A DNA stretch of 64,000 nucleotides from Octopus sinensis (lineage: Eukaryota), in contig NC_043001.1 in the NCBI RefSeq assembly GCF_006345805.1, positions 1,674,001 to 1,738,000 of the forward strand. The letters are read 5' to 3'. The translations under genes and the position numbers were made by a program. Below, piece by piece: positions 53,661 to 64,000 of this stretch; within the stretch, counting starts at the first letter, position 1; every line of letters begins with the position of its first letter. The notes under the pieces are model-generated. The model was not told where the DNA came from. It searched no databases and saw only the letters and a list, made by a program, of their open reading frames with translations.

Positions 53661-54594
53661 ATACACGTACATACATAAATATCTCTATATCTCTATATAT
53701 GTATATATATGCATGTATATACACATATATTACATATATCAGTATATGCATATGCATTCATAAATATACATAGATACGTGTGTGTGTGTGTGTGTGTATA
53801 CACACACATATAAATGCTATATTATGTATCTAGTTTGGTAAATACAGAAGAAATACTTTTTTCAGATGGAATTGGTAAATGAAGACTAAATTGACAACAG
53901 CTGAAAACAAAAGCAAACACATTGAATTGTTTTTGTTATCTTTGTTGTATCTTTTTCATTGATTGTTTTGGCATTAATTCAACAAACACGACCAGTATTT
54001 GATCCAAGTGTAAATTATTCATTAAAATATAATTTCATGTCATCCCAAACTATTGTCAGGCATCAAACGTGTGTGTGTGTGTGTAAGAAATCGTTTTTAA
54101 TAGTGGATATTGAAGTAAATATTACTATAAATACTTCTTTCTACTCTTGGCCCAAGTCTGAAATTCTAGGGGGAGATTGTTTGTTGATTGCATCGACCTC
54201 ACCCTTGAGTGGTACATTTTTTTATTGATTCTGAAAGGCAAAGTTGACCTTGGTGGAATTTGAACTCAGAACGTCTTTTGCCCAGCATGCTAATGGTTCT
54301 GCCAACTCATTGCTTCTTACCATATAAAGAATAATGTGTAGAATGTTGGGTTAAGAACCTCTTGGATGGAAAATGGTTAAGGGCTGCCTGAGGAACTTGC
54401 ATCTGCATCATTTGTGAAGATAGTAGATGTTCTACCATTGCACCAAAGTAACCCTTCGGATTTTCACCATTCCCTTTGAGAAGCTTTATTATTATCAGAA
54501 TGCACAAACACACGGACATGGAGACACTGGGACACACACACACACACACACACACCACACACACACACACCACACACACACACACACACACACG

Positions 54595-54639
<45 letters not shown>

Positions 54640-57600
54640 ATACACACGAACACACACAGATGTATGCATATAAAATGTCTTAATGAGTGTGGTGAAAAAG
54701 AGATTTTTTATCAAAATTAAAGGATTCTAGGACTGATATAAATAAACAAATAAAATGTTTTTATACATTCGTTTATTTGCTCTTTATTTCTTGAGACATT
54801 ATCCACAGAATTTGCAGTATTCCTCTACTTTTTGTAATTCTCTAATTCCTATCAACATCATCATCATCGTTGTCATCGTCATCATCACCACCACCACCAA
54901 CCACCACCACCACCACCATCATCGTCATCATCATCATTGGCAGCAGCACCATTTGATGCCATATTCTATGCTAGTATGAGTTGAATGGTTAGATGGGGTT
55001 CCACGGTTCCAAGAACTGCATCATGCTCCCGTTTCTGTTTTGGCATGGTTTCCTCAGCTGGATGACCTAACTAATGCCAACCACTTTACAACATGGGTCG
55101 TCTGTTATTCTTGTAGCACCTTGCTAGTGAGGTCTCTATGCAGCTTTGTGTTTGGGGATAAGGGGCTAACGGATGAGAGAAGGGTCCAGAGAAGAACAGA
55201 CTTCTTGTTGTAGTGGGGCCACATGACTACTCCCATTTTAGAAGAGAAGGTGGGGAGTTGACTGGAAGGTGAAATGGAAAAGAAGTAGAAATTTGGTGAT
55301 GAGATGTCATGATGGAGAGTCTGGCATCAGAGAACAAGGACGGAAGACTTGTTAGTGGAGGTGGGTAGGGGTTTCAAGAGGTAGGGAATGGATGAGGGGC
55401 AGGGGTTGGCCAATGATGCATGGTGGAGGCAGGGGGTAAAGAGCAGCAGAAGAGTAACAAAGTATAATTAAATGTGTTGCTGATATATTTTAATTAATAT
55501 TAGTAATAATGAAGAATTTGAAGCTGAATGATGTGAATTTTTTCATTTGCTTGTTTGCTTCTAAGTTTAATGTGTTTGTCCATGTTGTCTGTGGATGTGA
55601 CTTTCTTCCTTGTTGAGTTGGTGTTTGGAGAACAAATTGACAAAATGGATCCATGTTACAAAAAATTATGAGAGAAAGTTTCATTTCTAATTATCTCTTA
55701 TTTTTTATCTTTTACTTGTTTCACTCATCAGACTGTGGTCATGCTCGGGCAACACCTTGAAGAATTTTAGTCAAACGAATCAACACCACTACTTCTTTTC
55801 CAAAAATTTGCTACTTATTCTATTGGTCTCCTTTGCTGAACCACTAAGTTACGGGGAGATTAATACGTCAACACCGGATGTCAAGCAGTGGTGATGGTGG
55901 GCCAAACATACAAAGACACACACACTTGTACATGCAAGCACCCACACATACACACACATGCATACACACTAAACTATTCTTCTCAGTTCCATCTGTCTCA
56001 CCTCTACATTGAAGCTGCCACTCACCCACATCGCATCCTTTTGTCTTCAAGACAGAAAGACATTGATATACAAAATGATGGAATGGCCACAACTGGAATG
56101 CCTTTGATAAGAAATCTAGGAGATGAGAGCAGACGTGCATTTAAACAACAATGATACTGACATTTTCTCTCTGACTCTCAAACCAACAGTGATATTGGAC
56201 CCAATGTGAATTCTTCATTTCTCTCAGACAATTTATTCAAAATTTAATGTTTGTCTTCCCAAACTCAATTGTTTTCAAGTTTTCCTTTTTTCTACTGGGA
56301 TCTCTTCTATAGAATGTGACATTACTGTGTTCCATCCCACCAAAAGCAACAGAATCCCTGCTTCTGGCCACAACTGACCAACTACCTCATTTCTGAAATC
56401 CCAATAATGTCCTCGACTGTCTTAAGCAATTACCTCTTTGGTATATCCTCTTTCGGTTACTTATCAATGACAAACAACATGTTTGCCATAGAGCCAAAAA
56501 CTACATGTGTTTGTCATTCTCCATGAACTAGCAGTTGTCTTTTGGTCATACCTGACATAAAGGCCTCTCAGTTAAATTACATTAGGAGAAGAATCTTGTC
56601 ATACTGTTCCATTGCAATATATATAAATGGGGTTTTGTACAGCTTGAGTCAACCTTAATGTAACTTGAGGTATAATTACATTTACCATATTCTGTCTTCT
56701 TGCTGCCAATTTTAATTCCATTTTCTGCTGTGAAAAATAAGCACAGCTTGTACCTGAATGGTCTCAGCAATAAATGTTATTTACACAAAACATGTCACAT
56801 CAGATCTGTATTGCTACCCTCAACAAAATACTTGATAACATCCTTGAATGTAGAAGAATACAACAGCATAGTTTTCTTCAACTACACAAAAACACAATCA
56901 TTACACATTTAAGAAGCAGCACAATTATTCTACATAGGAACAACGCACATTTAATGCCCTTAATTAATGTTTTAATTAAAGCTCTCAATGTCTCTACAAT
57001 TATAATCTTAGATAATCTTCCATTGCTTTGTTTTGTCTTTAAGGTCAGAAAATACTTTAACCTTTCTTAATTGCTCTCTCTTCAAATATAAATTAAGATT
57101 CACTCTGGAATCCTGTTTCAGATATTTGGGAAATGGTTTCTACTACTATATTTGGGAAATGGTTTCTACAACTTGGAAGTTGTCAAAAGAATGACATCCT
57201 GAGAATGAGCAGAGACTGACACATCAGAACATTACAGCCATTAGGGCTTGTCATCTTTCTCTTGTTACCCTCTGGAGCTCTGATTATGTGAATTAAATAA
57301 ATGCATACCTGTTGTTAACAGAGATTCACCAGACACACCTGTTTCTTCTCTTTCCATCAACCCTGATATCTCTTATTTCACAGATCCTGCTCTAATCCTT
57401 TTTCCCAATAACCCCACCCAAGGACCTTAATCAACTGGAATTTTTGCCTCATCCACATTGTTCCTGTTGACAGCAATCATCATTATCATCAATCATCATC
57501 ATCATCATTTAACATCCGTTGTCCATGCTGGTATGGGTTGGACGGTTTGACTGGGGCTGGCAAGCTGGAAGGCTGCACCAGACCCCAGTCTGATTTGGCA

Positions 57601-59639
57601 TGGTTTTCTACACCTGGATGCCCTTTCTAACATCAACCACTCCAAGAGTGTATTGGGTGCTTTTACATGCCACTGGCACAGGTGCCATTTATGTAACACC
57701 AGTATTTGCCATGACTCAGCATGATGGGTCTTCTTCTCAAGCGCGACCTAAGGATCCATAAATATCAAAAGTAGCAAATTTACAAATTAAGAAGAAACTG
57801 CTTGTGTCAGGGGGAACCAATCCACTCACCCACTGTCAATCATTGAAAGAAAATGAGCAGATATTTTGAGAAAAGGGCATGAAAGGGGATGATGAGATGG
57901 CAGAATCCTTAGCGTGTTAGACGATAGAATTTATATTTGCTCCAACTCTTTTACATTCCCAGGTTAAAATTATTGATCTCCCTTTTGCCTTTCATTCCTT
58001 GGGAGTTGATAAAATCAGTCTAATTAGCTTGTGCCTAAATTAGAAACAATAAGGACGATGGGTTGAAAGAATTGTCTCAGAAAATGCAATGAAAAAGTTT
58101 TTTCCTGTTATTTATGTTTTGAGTTCAAATCCTGGAAAAGGCAAATTTGCCTTTTGTCCATGAAGGAGTGATAAAATAAAGTACCGTCAAATATTAGTAT
58201 TGATGATATTGACTAAAATTCCTGATCAAAGTTGTTGGACTTGAACCTAAAACAGAAACCATTATTATTAGAATATTGCATGAAATTTGAGATTTGAGTA
58301 GAGAAAAGCCCACTCACCCTCTCTATCTTACGAATTCACCCTCTTTTCCCTTCCAACTGGGATCTCCATCTATTTACTCTATAGCAAAACACCTATCGTT
58401 GTCCTTTTTTACCTTTAATCACTCAAAAAGTAAAAATCCGCCCCTCTCCCCACCTTCATACTACTTAACCCCTACCAACCAAGGAGTTTTGACTTGCAAG
58501 TTGTTCGGTAACCCTATGGGTAGTGGTGCCAGGTAAAAAGCAACCACTACACTCTGAAGAATGGTTGGTATTAGGAACCATGCTGAAATAGATATTTGAG
58601 CCTAGTGCATTTCTTGGCCTTACCAGCATCAAAAACGGATGTTGAATGATGATGACGACGATGACAACAACGATGATGATGATGATGACGATGATGATGA
58701 GGCATTTAAAAATGACATAAATTAGAAGAATGTCTGAGGAGTAGGGTTAATACGATAACTCTAAATAAATAGTATTGAGAATACAGCTTATAATAGATGA
58801 GATGTGAAGGAATAGTATTGATCAGGTAAGTTTTATGAAAGACAAAATGTAAAGTTGGATTGTCAGTTAGATGTGAAGGTGGAAAGGTTAAAAGCGCCAG
58901 CAAAATGAAAATAAACTCCTTCCAGGATTGATTTCATCATATTGTACATGTTAAGTGGAGAAACATAAGCTAACTACATTCACATCTATAATGAAGTTAG
59001 TGGAGATATCGAGAGGGTCATCATTTTCGTTTTTTTTAAGATTAGAAATTAAAAATAAGAAATTTCAGAAGGAACGTAAAATAATGATGGTGATGATGAT
59101 AATGATGATGATGGTGATGGTGATGATGGTGATGATGATGAGGGTGATGATGATGATGATGATAGGGATGGTGGGGCTGGGTGTTGGTGCAAGCAATTTC
59201 AGAAGGACAGAAATTTATTGTAAGGTAATAGATTGGGATTTATTGCCCGTTCTACACATCAAGGTTACCCCCCCACCCCACCACCACCAATGTAATTATT
59301 CCATAATATCTATTTCTAATGGTTCTGTTGATTATAAAAATTAATAAATTTGCAAACCGATTCCAGTCTGTGGGGAACCAAATAAAACACAAACATTGTC
59401 TTCTACAGGAAATTTTATGGGTATCCTTTCTAATCACTTTCCTCTCCCATACAGGTGTGTGTGCGTGTGTGTGTGTGTGGGGGGGGGAGACAATGGAGAA
59501 CTAAGTGTTCTTGCCAGAATGCAAAATCAAAACTACACAGAAAATGTGACCCAATAAAGAAGATCTCTATATATTGCTTGGAGAACTCTCTCAGTCAGGG
59601 TCCCCTTATATATATGTGTTCAAAACTTAACTAGTACTT

Positions 59640-60915
59640 TAGTTTATCAACCCCCATGTGGAGTACTTGCACTGACTGAGACTGGTCCTTAAGTCAAAAT
59701 TAAACGGACGGAATAAGATCGAAGCTATCAACACCTGGGTGGTTTCACTCTTTAGATATGGAGCAGGGGTAATCGCGTGGACAGCAGACAAACTAAACAG
59801 CTTAGACAAAGACAAGGAAGTTGCTAACTAGATATGGGTCTCTCCACCCAAAAAGTGACAGAGACAGACTGTATGTACCAAGAAAAAGTGGAGGAAGAGA
59901 ACTTATTGGATGCGAACACAGCATTAGAGCAAAAGAAAACAACATAGCATGGTATGTAAAAAAATGCCACAGAACCACTATTACTGGAGATAAGAAGGTC
60001 AGGCTTATGTAGGATGAAAAATTGCAAAGATAAACTACTGTACAAGCACTTGAGAATGAATGAAACTGAAAATAGGTGGATAAAGAAAAGAACATACATT
60101 ATTTACATTATAATATAATGTAAATAATGTAAATAATGTACATAATTCCTCATCTCTTAAATCTAGAAGTGAAAGAAAAAGAATGCATGGACAATTTCAT
60201 AGGGATGTTGAAGATAAGACAGACAGAGTAAAAAGATGACTGTGGATGACTAAAAGTGATTTAAAACTGGAAGTGGAGGCTTTAATCTGTGCTGCCCAAA
60301 AGCAAGCATTAAGAACGAATTACATCAAATACAGAATAAACAACACATCAGAAAGTGATAAGTGCAGAATCTGTGGACAAAATGCCACTAGCCCAGAAAG
60401 AATATAAGAGATGTCATGACAATATAGCAAGGATTGTCCATTGGATACTTTGCAACAAGTATGGACTTGACAGAACAGAAAAGTGGTATGAACATAAACC
60501 CGAAGGCATCAAGATCCTATGGGATTTTATGATTCAGTGTGACCATGAGATAGAAAATAGGAAACCAGACATAGTGTTGAGAAAGAAAGCAAACGATGCT
60601 GGATCATAGATATAGCATGTCCAGCTGACAACAAGGTGTGCAATAAGAAAGAAAGAAAAATGGAGAGATATGACAGGTTAGCTTGGGAGGTTAAGCAGTT
60701 GTGGTCGCTGAAAAAGGTGGTAGTAATTGTTGAGAAGTACATGGAACAAATAGGGGCTGCAATAAGGGTGGAGCACTTGCAGAAAACAACACTGCTTGGA
60801 ACCACTCGAATACTCTGGAAGGTGCTCAAAAATAAAAGGGGGTGCTACCTTAGTTCCGTGGTTGTGAACAGCTGACACCGTTGGACATATCCAGTGTTAG
60901 AAGCTGTGCAAAGGC
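59640..60915 (+). mobile_element. R4/Dong-like LINE 3' fragment
   Basis: LHPKSDRDRLYVPRKSGGR, MHGQF, LICAAQKQALRTN, KCRICG, KILWDF..RKPDIV, HLQKTTLLGT.RIL. Confidence 0.85.
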
Positions 60916-62298
60916 AATAAAATAATAATGGTTTGAAATGTTGGCACAAGGCCAGCAACTTTGGGTGAGGGGGTAGGTCAATAACACTAGCCCAAGGACT
61001 CAACTGGTAGTTATTTTACTGACCTCAAAAGGATGAAAAATAACGGTTACCTCAGTGGAATTTGAACTCAGAATGTAAAGACAGACGAAATACTGCAAAG
61101 TATTTTGCTCATCCTGCTAATGATTCTTTTAGCTTGCCACCTTAATGATAGTGATAATGGTTTCAAATTTTGCCACAAGGGCAGCAATTTTGGGGGAGGG
61201 GATGAGTCAATTACAGTGTTTTACTGGTACTTAATTTATCGACCCCAAAAGGATGAAAGGTAAAATCGACCTCGGTAGAATTTGAATTCAGAATATAGCG
61301 GCAGGTGAAATACTGCTAAGCTTGTCGCCTTCCCTAATGATAATAATAATAATAATAATGATTTCATTTATTTGCCACAAGGGCAAAGAATGAGGGGGAC
61401 AATACAGACAGACATAAAGTGTGGGTGTGTACATATAATAATGAAATGATAAAAAAATAAGTATACGTGGTATAGATTGGAAAAGAAGGGACATGCATAG
61501 CATAGAAAGGTACAAAAAAAGGTAGGGGAGGATGACAGAGATGTGTCCCTCCTGATACAGGAATGCCTCTAGGGATAATCAAGGAATTTCCCTGTCCAGG
61601 ATTTCCCTGAAACCCCTGGAACAAGTGTCCTCTCCAATTCCTTCTCTCTGACTTAGAGAGGCACCATCCATTCTTGCCTTTTTGGAACTTTCACCTATCT
61701 TTCTGTAAACTCAAGGACAGCACCTCCCTCTCCAATCTCTATTCCTTTTCCAAATGGAAATAAAAATAATAGTTTCAAATTTTGGCACAAGGCCAGCAAT
61801 TTCCGGCAAGGGGCAAAGTCAATTATTTTGACCTCAGTACTTGTTTTATTGGCTCTGAAAGGATGAAAGGCAAAGTCCCCCTCGGCAAAAGTTGGAAGAA
61901 ATGCTGCTAAGCAAATAATTCTGCCAGCTGATATCTTTAGGATAAAAAATGAACGAAGGGAGTTTTCCATTGGGAGGAAGATCAGGAAGAAAGGTTTGAA
62001 GTAAAATGTTAGCTTTGGGCTGAAAGTAGAAGAGGATAGAAATATCACATGAAAAGTTTAGCTGCAGGTGAATCCTGGAGTGAAACAGAAACAACAACCC
62101 TAGTTTAGCAGACTTGTGATCAAAGGCAGTCTAGCCATGACCATCCTGCTTTCTTCTGGCCATGTAGGACTCTGTTATCTCATTGTCTTTCCCATTATGA
62201 AAGATGGTAGAATGGGATTCGAATAAAAAATTTGGTTGTTTTTTTTTTTTTTTTCTGAACTGATTGAGCAATTGCTTTGATGTTCCCATCATTGGCTT

Positions 62299-62980
62299 GA
62301 AGAAGAAGAAGAAGAAGAAGAAGAAGAAGAAGAAGAAGAAGAAGAAGAAAAATAAGAAGAAGGAGGAGGAGGAGGAAGAAAAAGAAGAGGAGAGAAAAAA
62401 AGAAGAAGAAAGAGGAGGAGGAGGAAGAGAGGAGAGAAGAAAAAAAAGAGAGAAAGAGGAGGAGGAGGATGAGAGAGGAAAGAAAAAGAAGAAGAAGAAG
62501 AAGAGAAAAAGAGAAGAAGGAGAGGAGGAAGGAGGAGGAAGAAAAAGAAGAATGGAGGAGGAAAGAAAAAGAAGAGAAAAGAGGAGGAGAAGGAGGAGAA
62601 GAAAAAGAAGAAGATGAAGAAGAAGAAAAAGAAGAAGAATAAGAATAAAGAAGAGAAGGAGAGGAGGAAAAGGAGGAGAAGGAGGAGAAGAGGAGAAGAG
62701 GAAAAAGAAGAAGAAGAGGGGAGGAAGGAGGAGGAGGAAGAAAAAAGAAAAGATGAAGAAGAGAAGAAGAGAAGAGGAGAAGGAGGAGAAAGAGGAGAAG
62801 GAAGAAGAGGAGAAGAGGAGAAGAGGAGAAGGAGGAGAAGAGAGAAGGAAAGGAGAGAGAAGAAGAAGAAGAAGAAGAAGAAGGAGGAAGAATTGAGGAG
62901 AAGGGGGAGGAGGAGAAGAGAAATAAGAAGAAAAGAAGAAGAAGAAGAAGGAGGAGAAGGAGGTAAGAAGAGAAGAGAAG

Positions 62981-63010
<30 letters not shown>
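62299..63010. repeat. (GAA)/(GGA) polypurine tract, about 710 bp
   Basis: Almost no pyrimidines on the plus strand. Confidence 0.97.
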
Positions 63011-63012
<2 letters not shown>

Positions 63013-63564
63013 GTAGTTGTAGTAGTAGTAGAGTTAGTGTTAAGAAAGACCGAATCTTGATGTGACAATTGTAGCAATGGTGATTCCTTCCTTCCTCCAT
63101 CAAGTTTGAAAGTCAATAAGAATCGGGATAAGTGCAGTTGGCTGGTCTGAGCCTGTTCTAGGCGAAGACCTTGTGTTGCTGGTTTGTGGTGAGGAGATAA
63201 AATATTTATATTACAAAAACCTGAGATAATTTGATGTCTTTCGAGGAAAGAGAAATATCTGTGTCGCATGGCACCTTGAAAGCCTGGAGTGGGTTCCATC
63301 AGGCTGTGAGGTGTTCTTGTAATTAGAGATAAATAAAAGAGAAATACAGAAATGGAAGAATGGAAGAATGTATGAAGTGAATGAAAGAAAGAAACTCTCA
63401 GCCATTTTACTGCCTTGACAAAAGTAAGTAAACACCGGATGACAGAGCATTGGCTGTTATATGTCTGAAGAGAAGGTGAGATGGTCATGGTAGGAAGGTA
63501 CTTCGTTACAGGTCTGTTGGACCAGCATTGAGCTGGGATTAAACAACAACTGTAACACTACAAC

Positions 63565-63613
63565 CATGATGATGATGATGATGATGATATCACTGTCACC
63601 ACCATCACTGCTG

Positions 63614-63662
<49 letters not shown>

Positions 63663-64000
63663 CCCCCCCCCCGCTACAACCACAAAAGCTGCTGCTGCTG
63701 CTGACAGTTATGACAACTCAAACAACAATGACAATGATGATGATGATTATGATGATGAAGATGACTACCCCCACCACAATCACAACCACCACCACCACCA
63801 CCACCACTAATAACAACACCAACACCACCACCACCTCTGCTGCAACCACCTCTGCCGCCACCACCACCACTACCACCACCACCACCACCACCTCCGCCGC
63901 CGCCACCGCCACCACCACCACCACCACTACCACCACCACCACCTCTGCCGCCGCCGCCGCCGCCGCCGCCACCGCCACCGCCACCGCCACCACCACCACC
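63565..64000. repeat. Compound trinucleotide array (GAT)n-(GCT)n-C run-(CAC/CGC)n
   Basis: Direct reading; runs off the window end. Confidence 0.95.

Overview
AT-rich, repeat-saturated eukaryotic DNA. The repeat landscape (very long TA/TATC/GAA microsatellites, several tRNA-derived SINE families, RTE tails ending in (GAT)n) looks like a cephalopod (Octopus-like) genome; that species call is an inference. No host protein-coding gene could be supported, and nearly all ORFs in the track are microsatellite artefacts or decayed transposon frames. Identifiable content: about 7 decayed R4/Dong-like LINE fragments, RTE LINE 3' ends, a Tx1/L1-like fragment, two Penelope-like (PLE) RT remnants, an internally deleted mariner, a 949-bp solo LTR with a 4-bp TSD, and many SINEs. 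The most interesting signal is non-coding. A 546-bp tandem repeat (18.9-20.2 kb) carries one type I hammerhead ribozyme per unit on the minus strand, has a 24-nt hairpin in two 'flip/flop' orientations, and ends in a 250-bp fold-back. A second hammerhead family sits at 23.7-28.4 kb and a third motif at 17.2 kb. A set of fold-back palindromes is embedded in (AT)n tracts. Together these suggest a retrozyme-like / PLE-mobilised system. All ribozyme calls come from manual motif and base-pair reading and are untested.
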